From positions 1 to 33,236 of IMG/VR virus record IMGVR_UViG_3300037423_001133: DNA of 33,236 nt; one strand, written 5' to 3'. This DNA comes from a virus. Lineage: Duplodnaviria > Caudoviricetes. The notes beneath the pieces were generated by a model. The model was given only the letters and a program-made list of their open reading frames with translations, searched no databases and was not told the DNA's origin. Shown piece by piece: positions 26,273 to 33,236 of the stretch. Numbering within the stretch: position 1 is the stretch's first letter; the number at the start of each line of letters is the position of its first letter. A program made the position numbers and the translations under genes.

Positions 26273-27036
26273 TGCCCTTCCAAGGTAACGGCACGTTCGC
26301 CCGGATCTATCGCTGGCAGACCGATGCGGCGAATGGCCTGAACATTGCAGCAGATCGGTTCGATGCGGAGGATGACGGCTTCGCGACCGGCCTGTCCAAC
26401 TGCATCACGCGCGACGGGCAGAGCCCGCCAACTGCCTCCATCCCGTGGGGCAATCAGAACCTGACCGGGGTCAATGCGCTGTCCGGCGTGAGCTTTGCTT
26501 TTAGCGGGGCGGGAACCATTGGCGGCACGCTCGGCGTGACTGGTGCCGTTTCGCTGACCGCAGGCATCACGGTCGGAACGACCTTGGGCGTGACGGGCGC
26601 CGCGACAGTCGGCGGCACTCTTGCTGTGACGGGCGCAGTAACGATCACGGGCGGCCTTGTGGCCGGAACCACCATCAGCGACGGCCGAGCCTCTCCGGCG
26701 CAGCGCGCGATCGGGTTCCGCGGCATCCCGGTCCCATCCGCGATCACGACATCCTACACGCTTGTCCTCGGTGATGCGGCTTGTTGCCTTGAGGTGGGAT
26801 CCGGAGGCTCGATCACCATCCCCCCGAACAGCAGCGTAGCCTTTACCCCTGGCGACACGATCATCCTGCAAGAGACGGCGGGTGCAACCAAGACGATCAC
26901 GCCCGGTACCGGCGTGACGCTCCGGCAGACGGGCACCACGAACACCGGATCGCGCACGCTCAAGGCATATGGCCAGGCAATGCTTCGGCGGTCGAGCACG
27001 ACCGATCTTTGGTTCTGCGCGGGTGACCTGACATGA
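26272..27036 (+). CDS. Tail fibre protein
   Basis: Anchor domain MPFQGNGTF..DGFATGLSNCITRDGQ; GTLGVTGA repeats; C-terminal TSYTLVLGD..W..GDL domain. Confidence 0.8.
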   Translation: MPFQGNGTFARIYRWQTDAANGLNIAADRFDAEDDGFATGLSNCITRDGQSPPTASIPWGNQNLTGVNALSGVSFAFSGAGTIGGTLGVTGAVSLTAGITVGTTLGVTGAATVGGTLAVTGAVTITGGLVAGTTISDGRASPAQRAIGFRGIPVPSAITTSYTLVLGDAACCLEVGSGGSITIPPNSSVAFTPGDTIILQETAGATKTITPGTGVTLRQTGTTNTGSRTLKAYGQAMLRRSSTTDLWFCAGDLT

Positions 27037-27422
27037 GCGGGGTTCTTTGCGCCGCGTCGGTCATGGGACAGGCCAGCGCGCCGCTTCCTCCCGTCACTGG
27101 AACTATAAGTTGGGTTGGATCGGCTCCTGAGATTGTTTCCAGTTCCTCTGGGACCACATCAGGACACTTCCACTGCACTGGCTCTGGGGGCTCTGGGGGG
27201 CCTTACGGCTTTTCGATGTATTGGACCGGAACGCACCCGAATGTGGCGTTCACCAGCGTGAGCTCCGGCGAGACGACCGTGAATTGGTCTGGTCTCAATA
27301 TCGGTGACGTGGGTGCCGGCAATGCCAGTGCGATCGTAACCGATCTCAACAGCGGAATGTCCTGCGATCTGTACGGCGACTTCGGGCAGTTTGCCGGCAT
27401 GTCAGTGAGGCGAGACAGCTGA
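27033..27422 (+). CDS. Fibre-associated small protein (putative tip/adhesin)
   Basis: Gly/Ser-rich beta protein coupled to the fibre gene by ATGA. Confidence 0.6.
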   Translation: MSGVLCAASVMGQASAPLPPVTGTISWVGSAPEIVSSSSGTTSGHFHCTGSGGSGGPYGFSMYWTGTHPNVAFTSVSSGETTVNWSGLNIGDVGAGNASAIVTDLNSGMSCDLYGDFGQFAGMSVRRDS

Positions 27423-27529
27423 TGTCGTCCCCGTGGACAGTCTCGATCCTGCTCATTGGAGCGGTGTGCTTCATCTTCTGGGCGATCATCACCTGGATGC
27501 CCGATGCACTCGCAGGGAATTACGCATGA
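27422..27529 (+). CDS. 35-aa single-TM peptide, absent from ORF track
   Basis: MSSPWTVSILLIGAVCFIFWAIITWMPDALAGNYA; GAGG RBS; TGATG and ATGA overlaps. Confidence 0.6.
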   Translation: MSSPWTVSILLIGAVCFIFWAIITWMPDALAGNYA

Positions 27530-27816
27530 GCCCGCCAGCAAGAGGACCGCGCCAAGTGGACGAATACGATCTTGGTGTCGCGCGCGATGTTGGCGAAATG
27601 AAGGCCGACATTCGCACAATTAAACACGATCTAGTCGGGTTGCAGCAGTCGTTCACGCTCATCAACGACAAGATCAATAACCTTGGAAACGACAAAGCAA
27701 GGGGGCTCGGCTTCTTCGCCGGAGCCTCTTTCATCGTCACCACATTCGGAGCGCTCCTGATCGGATTGGCTAAACTGATCCTAGTCGGGGGCGGCGCGGG
27801 AGGGACACACCCATGA
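27526..27816 (+). CDS. Coiled-coil + C-terminal TM protein (holin/antiholin-like)
   Basis: Heptads followed by GLGFFAGASFIVTTFGALLIGLAKLIL; precedes the endolysin. Confidence 0.65.
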   Translation: MSPPARGPRQVDEYDLGVARDVGEMKADIRTIKHDLVGLQQSFTLINDKINNLGNDKARGLGFFAGASFIVTTFGALLIGLAKLILVGGGAGGTHP

Positions 27817-28250
27817 CGGCTCTAGGACCAATCACCAATCTCACGATCCACTGTGCCGCGACGCCGGCAGGCCGGGACGTGAAGGCAGAGACCATTTCCC
27901 AATGGGATCAGGCGCGGTTCGGGCAGACCAGCTATCATTGGGTGATCGAGCTTGACGGCAATGCAGTCCAGACGCTGCTGGACACGGTGAAGGGTGCCCA
28001 CGTCGGCGGTCACAACACCGGAAATATCGGCGTTTGCTATGTCGGCGGCGTCGATGCGGACAATAAGGCACCGCAGGACACGCGCACGGCAGCTCAGACG
28101 GCCACGCTTCTGCGCTTGGTGCGGGAATATCAATCCAAATACCCCGGAATCATTGTTCAGGGGCATCGCGATTGGCCCGGCGTCGCCAAGGCCTGCCCGA
28201 GCTTCGACGTGAAGGCATGGCTGCGCGCAGCGGGGGCTCTGGCGGCATGA
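27813..28250 (+). CDS. Endolysin, N-acetylmuramoyl-L-alanine amidase (T7 lysozyme-like)
   Basis: IHCAAT, YHWVI, GAHVGGHN, IGVCYVGG, GHRD, KACPSFDV. Confidence 0.95.
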   Translation: MTALGPITNLTIHCAATPAGRDVKAETISQWDQARFGQTSYHWVIELDGNAVQTLLDTVKGAHVGGHNTGNIGVCYVGGVDADNKAPQDTRTAAQTATLLRLVREYQSKYPGIIVQGHRDWPGVAKACPSFDVKAWLRAAGALAA

Positions 28251-28513
28251 GCATCCGAGACATCCTTAAGAACGCGGCGGGCGAGTATGAAACTGGCCGC
28301 ACGCTGCTCGTCTATGGCGGCTTCATGGCCTTCACGACGCCGCCCGTTTTCATGGCGTGGGCGATGCATCGTGGGCAGCAATACGACATCACCGCCTATT
28401 GCCTCGCCTATGCCGGCCTGATCGTGGCCTTGGCGCCGACAATCGTCAGCATCGGCAAGAAGGGCAAGGACGACGCGACGGCCCGCCAGATCAGCACGGG
28501 AGCCCAGCCATGA
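28247..28513 (+). CDS. Putative holin (2 TM)
   Basis: Two hydrophobic segments and a basic C-terminus KKGK; follows the endolysin. Confidence 0.65.
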   Translation: MSIRDILKNAAGEYETGRTLLVYGGFMAFTTPPVFMAWAMHRGQQYDITAYCLAYAGLIVALAPTIVSIGKKGKDDATARQISTGAQP

Positions 28514-28980
28514 GCATCGGTGGCTGGCTCTTCCGCCGCGCCGCTGATGCGGCCGTTCCAGGCTCCGGTGTGGCGCTTGGGCTGCTCGAAAAGCTCAAGC
28601 CTCTCATACCTTATCTGCTGGCGATCGTCGCGGTGCTCGGCGTCGGTCTCTACATCCACCATCGCGGTTATATGGCCGGAAAGGCGGAGATCGCCGCTCG
28701 ATACGACGGCAAGATGGCTCAGGCCAAGGCGCGCATGACCCATGCACGAGACGTGCTCTCAGGCGCCGATTCCGTGCTCCGCGCCCAATCGGCATCGATC
28801 CGGTCTCAGGTCGCAGCACAAAACGCAGCGCTATCGAATGCTCGAAAGCTGATCGCCGAAGCCGACAAGCGCGATGTGTCTCGGCGCGCGGAGATTTCAA
28901 CCCTGAAAGCCGCTGCCGCGCGGCCGGTGGAGGGGACACCTTGCGACAGCTTGCCTGAAGTGAAGGACGCTTGGAAATGA
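28510..28980 (+). CDS. i-spanin (Rz-like)
   Basis: TM LIPYLLAIVAVLGVGLYI followed by a long Ala-rich coiled coil and a C-terminal Cys. Confidence 0.75.
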   Translation: MSIGGWLFRRAADAAVPGSGVALGLLEKLKPLIPYLLAIVAVLGVGLYIHHRGYMAGKAEIAARYDGKMAQAKARMTHARDVLSGADSVLRAQSASIRSQVAAQNAALSNARKLIAEADKRDVSRRAEISTLKAAAARPVEGTPCDSLPEVKDAWK

Positions 28981-29147
28981 ACTATCTACTCGCATACCTC
29001 ATTGGCGCTGGGTTCAATGCCGGCCTCTCTGTCGGCTCCGGCTCGTGGCGCTCAACCTCGTTCGCGCGTCGGATCGCATGGCTTCTTCTGTGGCCCTATT
29101 TCGTCGCGCGGTTCGCGCTGATCAGCTTTGTGTTGAGCCGGTCATGA
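28977..29147 (+). CDS. 56-aa membrane protein between spanin genes, absent from ORF track
   Basis: MNYLLAYLIGAGFNAGLSVGSGSWRSTSFARRIAWLLLWPYFVARFALISFVLSRS; ATGA overlaps at both ends. Confidence 0.6.
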   Translation: MNYLLAYLIGAGFNAGLSVGSGSWRSTSFARRIAWLLLWPYFVARFALISFVLSRS

Positions 29148-29434
29148 TCCGTCGCCTTCTCGCCCTCGCGGTGGTCTCGGTCATGCTCCCCGGTGGCTGC
29201 GTGGCTGGAGATCAGGGCGTCCCCAACGTCCAATACAAGACCGTGACGCTCGATCATCCGGTCCCCTGCATTCCGGCCGACAAGAAGCCAACGCTGCCCA
29301 CAGCACTCGGGCCAAAGCCGGCAGACGCGCGGCAGGGCGAGGCAATGCTTCTCGCCAAGCTCCAGGAATGGCTCAGCTACGGCGATCATGCGCAACCTCT
29401 GCTCGACGCCTGCACTAAGATTGAAGGTAACTAA
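29144..29434 (+). CDS. o-spanin lipoprotein (Rz1-like)
   Basis: Signal MIRRLLALAVVSVMLPGG-C lipobox; Pro-rich; two more Cys. Confidence 0.75.
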   Translation: MIRRLLALAVVSVMLPGGCVAGDQGVPNVQYKTVTLDHPVPCIPADKKPTLPTALGPKPADARQGEAMLLAKLQEWLSYGDHAQPLLDACTKIEGN

Positions 29435-29436
29435 AT

Positions 29437-31254
29437 ATGGGCATGAGTTTGGGCCTTCCGACGTTCGCCTTGAATAGCACGGCGATCAGCAGTGGGACGG
29501 TTGTGCCTGCATCCTTCACCCAGCCCTACGGACCGTATTATTCTGACCTCGGCGATAGCCGAACGGTCCAGAACTATGCGTCGTCAGGTCCAGCAACCTA
29601 TGTAGGATTGTTCACCGACAATAAGCTGCGGCCAAGCCCAACCTGGAACAAAGGTGGCACCTTCGGCAAAGGGGGCATTGGCGGCCAAAATGCCGTGGAC
29701 GCGGTGGCATGGCCACGCAATGCCGGCAATATCTGGACCAACTGCTCCCTGGCCAGCAATGGCAACGGCACCGCAACCCTAACGGTTAACAGCGGCGGCG
29801 GAGGCGGCGATAACTGGTCGGTTGGTGTTTATCTCTCGGGAGCGGGGCTGACCGCTCGCACGTACAAGGTAACCGCGCTCGGCACCGGAACCGGAAATAC
29901 CGGGACATATATTGTGACGCCGGACACCGGCACGATCGCCGGCCCGCAGTCGATCAGGCCGGTATATTACGACACGAAGACGATCGCTGAGGTTGCCGCA
30001 GATCAAGCGGCAACCGTCGTGATTTTGCTGGGAACCAACGGCGCAGGCGCGACAACTGAAACCGCTGCCGTTGTGCAAGCGATAGCCGGCCTCACCACAC
30101 CGGGCTCGGCATATCCAGGGTATCGGCCGAATAATGAAAGCACCGACCAGCCCTTGCCGCTCTATAATGGCCTGGCGAAAAATATCATTCTGGTGGACGA
30201 GCTGCGGAAAGGTGTCACCTATCAGAATGTCGCGAGCAACGGCGCCGATAATACCGCGTTGCACACGCATGCGCTGACCCTCGACAAATACCATTATGCG
30301 AGCGGCGACCCGCTGGCGAACAGTCGCGTCTATGTTGCTCGGTGCTTCGATGATCCGACGATTGCGAACCTGTCGAGCGCAACCAGCGGCAACCCGAGCT
30401 ATCTCCCGAAGGCGGGATATTTCGTGGACGGCCTGCACTGCACGGGTGTTCTATCGTGGTGGATCGGCAATATTATCGGCCAGGGCAACACCGCCGATGG
30501 CTTCACGTCGGCTGGCCTTTCCTCGCTGCTGACCAGTTTCAATTCCACGGCGAACCTGGCCGATACGACCAATTACACCAGCAATGCCTACCTGAACTCG
30601 AATAGCTGTTTCGTGCTCGCGGATCAGACGGGTGGCACGGTCAGCAGCTTCACCAGCAGCGGCGGCACGTTGACGAACGGGACGAGCAACCTGCCGCGAG
30701 GATTTGACTTCAGGGGCACCAACTGCACCGGGCTCAGCCTTGACGTAAGCTACAATGCGCTCAGCGGAAACGACGGCTACGAACTTGTCTTGCGTCTCCA
30801 CGGCACGCCCACGGCGGACGGTAGTTTTACCCTATTCGGGTCAAATGCCACCTCGGCAAAGCGCCTACTGATCCAGGCGACCGATAATGTTCGCCTCGCC
30901 TATCGCGAGCGTCGCAACATCGTCAGCGGCCTCATCAGGGATTGTCGCGGCGCGATGGTCACGCCGACGTCGGCCATTTCCGTCAAGACATATGGGGCGG
31001 GCGGCCTCTACACCGGCACCGATCGCACAACGATGATGCTGCTGAATAACATCCAAAATTCCGGGCTCAACGGCGGCACCAATGACCCGAACGCGGCGGC
31101 GAATAGTTCGACCTATTTCGTCCCGCAGACCGACGACGCGACCGGCAACACAAACCCGGCCAATGCTGCGGTCCAGTATGCCATCAACTGGTACACCGGG
31201 CAGGACATCGATATGTATGTCTATCTGTCGAGGGTCACCCTATCGCGGAACTAA
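29437..31254 (+). CDS. SGNH/GDSL hydrolase-domain virion protein, putative head-spike fibre
   Basis: Blocks LGDSRT, GIGGQ, LLGTNG, DGLH; N-terminus MGMSLGL; Thr/Gly/Asn-rich beta domains. Confidence 0.75.
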   Translation: MGMSLGLPTFALNSTAISSGTVVPASFTQPYGPYYSDLGDSRTVQNYASSGPATYVGLFTDNKLRPSPTWNKGGTFGKGGIGGQNAVDAVAWPRNAGNIWTNCSLASNGNGTATLTVNSGGGGGDNWSVGVYLSGAGLTARTYKVTALGTGTGNTGTYIVTPDTGTIAGPQSIRPVYYDTKTIAEVAADQAATVVILLGTNGAGATTETAAVVQAIAGLTTPGSAYPGYRPNNESTDQPLPLYNGLAKNIILVDELRKGVTYQNVASNGADNTALHTHALTLDKYHYASGDPLANSRVYVARCFDDPTIANLSSATSGNPSYLPKAGYFVDGLHCTGVLSWWIGNIIGQGNTADGFTSAGLSSLLTSFNSTANLADTTNYTSNAYLNSNSCFVLADQTGGTVSSFTSSGGTLTNGTSNLPRGFDFRGTNCTGLSLDVSYNALSGNDGYELVLRLHGTPTADGSFTLFGSNATSAKRLLIQATDNVRLAYRERRNIVSGLIRDCRGAMVTPTSAISVKTYGAGGLYTGTDRTTMMLLNNIQNSGLNGGTNDPNAAANSSTYFVPQTDDATGNTNPANAAVQYAINWYTGQDIDMYVYLSRVTLSRN

Positions 31255-31255
31255 G

Positions 31256-31390
31256 TTACCAGATCTTATCTGCCTCCGGCAGGTCAGAACCTCGCGTGAG
31301 GATGCGCCAAATCACTTGGCTAGCTCGGGCGAGGAAGCCAACCTTCTTCGGCTTAACAATCTCTGCCGGCGCGAAAATCTGTGGTTTCAT
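31256..31390 (-). CDS. 44-aa peptide, absent from ORF track
   Basis: MKPQIFAPAEIVKPKKVGFLARASQVIWRILTRGSDLPEADKIW; GGGGAG RBS; possible TTGTTT-17-TAACAA promoter. Confidence 0.55.
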   Translation of the reverse strand: MKPQIFAPAEIVKPKKVGFLARASQVIWRILTRGSDLPEADKIW

Positions 31391-31480
31391 GTGCAATCTC
31401 CCCCATGGGGTTGTTACACGCTTTGACGCTACTAAACAACGGGTGGTCGTGTCCGGAATGGTCTAATCCATCAAAGCCAC

Positions 31481-31717
31481 TTACCGCCGTGGCTTCATCT
31501 GCAGCCTGATCCCGTTCAGGGACGCATTGACGTTCTGGGATCGGACGTGAGGGTTTTCGGCATCGGCCGAGTTCCAGAATTGGTCCAGGGGCCAGCGCTC
31601 GCGGCAATAGGGTAGAAGGGCCTTCAGGGCGGCGCGGACCTCTGGTGTCTTGACGTGCTCATTCGGCGCGCGGGCGTTGGCGGATTCGAGGATGGCCAGG
31701 GCTTCGTCGGAGGTCAT
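31481..31717 (-). CDS. Hypothetical protein (78 aa)
   Basis: Plausible composition; divergent from the ncRNA; no clear RBS. Confidence 0.6.
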   Translation of the reverse strand: MTSDEALAILESANARAPNEHVKTPEVRAALKALLPYCRERWPLDQFWNSADAENPHVRSQNVNASLNGIRLQMKPRR

Positions 31718-31776
31718 GTGTGGGGCCGATTAATCCTTGTTGCGAAACAGCCCTGAATATGTTAGCGAGGGGCTTC

Positions 31777-31966
31777 GCTGCGGCGGCGTGGATGGACACG
31801 TGGTCGATTGGGTCCGTAAGACGACCAGCGCTTAACAGAATGCTCCCTCGGTTTGGGAGAGGTGGCAGTTGCGCAGCCCGGGTGCACCAATTCCCTTCGG
31901 GGCTACGGACACCGCACCTGTAGTTAGAAGAAGAGGTCTAGCCGGTATCAAGCCCGGCCCGCAGCG
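31777..31966 (+). ncRNA. tRNA-like structured RNA with large pseudoknotted insert
   Basis: Acceptor GCTGCGG/CCGCAGC, D-arm CGTG-GATGGA-CACG, T-arm GCCGG-TATCAAGC-CCGGC, 139-nt insert with several helices and a cUUCGg loop. Confidence 0.7.
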
Positions 31967-31968
31967 AT

Positions 31969-32172
31969 CTATTCCTTCTTGTCGAGTATCCTATCGGTGG
32001 CGTCGGTGTAGGTGTGGATTGGGAGCGGGTCGTCGTGGTTTAGAAGCGCGACCAGATCGGCAGCTAACTCGTCATCGGTGCAAACGCACATGGGCGAGCT
32101 TTCGGTGCGCCGATAGACGTTCGGCCCAATCGCGCGCAGCGGGTAATCCGCAGAAGTTAGTGGTCCAGGCAT
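31969..32172 (-). CDS. Hypothetical protein (67 aa)
   Basis: GAGGG RBS; last gene of the leftward operon. Confidence 0.65.
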   Translation of the reverse strand: MPGPLTSADYPLRAIGPNVYRRTESSPMCVCTDDELAADLVALLNHDDPLPIHTYTDATDRILDKKE

Positions 32173-32173
32173 G

Positions 32174-32518
32174 TCACCCTCTCTGCTCCAATGTAGATAT
32201 CATGGCTTGCCAGATGGCAACTTCACCATGAGGTTTGAACCCCGCAAACCCTTGTCCTTGCGGATAGGCCGAAAACACTTGCGCCGCGCCTTCTGACTGG
32301 CCCGCATGGCACATTTCGGGCGAAGGATCCTTTAGCCTTTCGAGGATTGCGTCGAGGGCGGCGGTGGCTTCACCTTCCCAGTCCGCCCACTGACTTTTCG
32401 CCCGGGCAATGGCTGCCCCTTCGTCCTTGGCGCTGACGAACTCGCCTTTGTGATCACGCATGTTCGCGATGGAAATCGCTTCTGCCGCCACGCGGATCAA
32501 CTCATCTCGTAAGCTCAT
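32174..32518 (-). CDS. Hypothetical phage protein (114 aa)
   Basis: GGGGAG RBS; A.AALDAI..LKDPSPEM..AG...WQAMI motif common in alphaproteobacterial phage early proteins. Confidence 0.75.
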   Translation of the reverse strand: MSLRDELIRVAAEAISIANMRDHKGEFVSAKDEGAAIARAKSQWADWEGEATAALDAILERLKDPSPEMCHAGQSEGAAQVFSAYPQGQGFAGFKPHGEVAIWQAMISTLEQRG

Positions 32519-32549
32519 GCTCTACTCCCCCTGAAGGGTGCGGGCGGGA

Positions 32550-32804
32550 TTATGCCGGAACACATTCGAACAGCTGCCCGTCATAGGTCAGACTGGCGCG
32601 CATCGCCTCAACCCGCCGCTTGGCCTCGGCCTCGTCATAAGCCCACACCTCGGTCGAATAGCGGCTGCCGTCCATCTCATAGCTGAGCAGGAAGCAATAG
32701 AGCGGACGCCCATATTCATCCTGGCGTACGAACTCAGCATCCGGTTGCGCGGCTGCGTTCCTGCGCGCTGTCAGATCGATGACGTTTCCTTCGTCCTTCT
32801 CCAT
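32550..32804 (-). CDS. Hypothetical protein (84 aa)
   Basis: GGGAG RBS; NVIDL N-terminal motif. Confidence 0.75.
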   Translation of the reverse strand: MEKDEGNVIDLTARRNAAAQPDAEFVRQDEYGRPLYCFLLSYEMDGSRYSTEVWAYDEAEAKRRVEAMRASLTYDGQLFECVPA

Positions 32805-32843
32805 CTCACTCTCCCTTGGCTGTGGTGGACTAACTTAGATTAT

Positions 32844-32925
32844 GGCGCCTGCCGCGTTCCGCGTCACCGCCGCTCGCGTGCTTCGCATGGAGCCGCTACG
32901 CGTCTCCACCCTCCGGGCTTTGATC
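32844..32925 (-). repeat. Multi-hairpin repeat, copy A
   Basis: Minus strand GATCAAAGCCCGGAGGGTGGAGACGCGTAGCGGCTCCATGCGAAGCACGCGAGCGG...; inverted homolog at 33167. Confidence 0.8.
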
Positions 32926-32934
32926 GGCTGGCGG

Positions 32935-33144
32935 TTATTCAATCTCCTCCGCAGTGGCCTCCCAAGGCTGAGGGCAATAACAAACATTCCCCTCATTGAA
33001 CGCCCTCACAGCCTCCCAATCAGCCAAATTGTCGATAGTATAATCGCTCTCAAAGGCCTGTTCGATTGCCGCCTCTTCGCTTTCCGCTTCGACCATGATT
33101 TCCAGATGGCCAGCGATTGGGATTGTTACGAGATATTCAGCCAT
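32935..33144 (-). CDS. Small acidic protein (69 aa) between the inverted repeats
   Basis: AAGGA RBS; YLVTIPI..VEAESEEAAIEQA; lower GC than flanks. Confidence 0.75.
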   Translation of the reverse strand: MAEYLVTIPIAGHLEIMVEAESEEAAIEQAFESDYTIDNLADWEAVRAFNEGNVCYCPQPWEATAEEIE

Positions 33145-33166
33145 TATCACTTCCTTTCATAGCCCG

Positions 33167-33223
33167 GATCGAAACCGATAGGCCGAGACGCGAATGCGGC
33201 TCGGTGCGAAGCATGAGAGCCGG
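33167..33223 (+). repeat. Multi-hairpin repeat, copy B (may extend past window)
   Basis: GATCGAAACCGATAGGCCGAGACGCGAATGCGGCTCGGTGCGAAGCATGAGAGCCGG. Confidence 0.8.
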
Positions 33224-33236
33224 ATAAGCTCACATT

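Noticed and set aside
26500-26670. Diversity-generating or VNTR repeats in the fibre gene
   Set aside because: Degenerate protein-level GTLGVTGA beta repeats only; no reverse transcriptase or template/variable repeat pair.
27433-27525. GTG-started extension of the holin-like gene
   Set aside because: The region is better explained by the coupled 35-aa TM ORF in another frame and an ATG at 27526.
31720-31923. 67-aa plus-strand ORF
   Set aside because: No RBS, atypical composition, and it overlaps the structured RNA.
31777-31966. Canonical tRNA, tmRNA or intron-containing tRNA
   Set aside because: No anticodon arm, 8-nt non-TTC T-loop, no CCA, no G3:U70, no convincing tag ORF, and no group I core motifs recognised.

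Overview
This is most of a GC-rich temperate, lambdoid-regulated podovirus-type (pro)phage genome. The host is probably an alphaproteobacterium (inference from gene families and promoter style). Left to right: a leftward early operon (truncated YqaJ-type exonuclease, small ORFs, HNH nuclease); a cI/cro switch with 16-bp operators and apparently leaderless mRNAs; a rightward early operon (CII-like, DUF6378-like, RMF-like, VRR-NUC, RepA/AAA_25 helicase carrying an iteron/hairpin origin); packaging and head genes (terS, terL, GTA-type head-spike base, portal, scaffold, capsid, decoration); short-tail and ejection genes (adaptor, nozzle, GNAT, three internal proteins, fibre); a seven-gene lysis cassette; an SGNH-esterase putative head fibre; and a right-hand accessory region. 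No integrase, tape measure or CRISPR is visible. The most notable items are (1) a ~190-nt tRNA-shaped ncRNA whose anticodon arm is replaced by a 139-nt pseudoknotted domain (31777-31966), (2) a small gene flanked by inverted, co-varying multi-hairpin repeats rich in GNA triloops (32844-33223), and (3) a split GTA-like head-spike system whose fibre appears to be an esterase. All family assignments come from motif recognition by eye; no searches were run.
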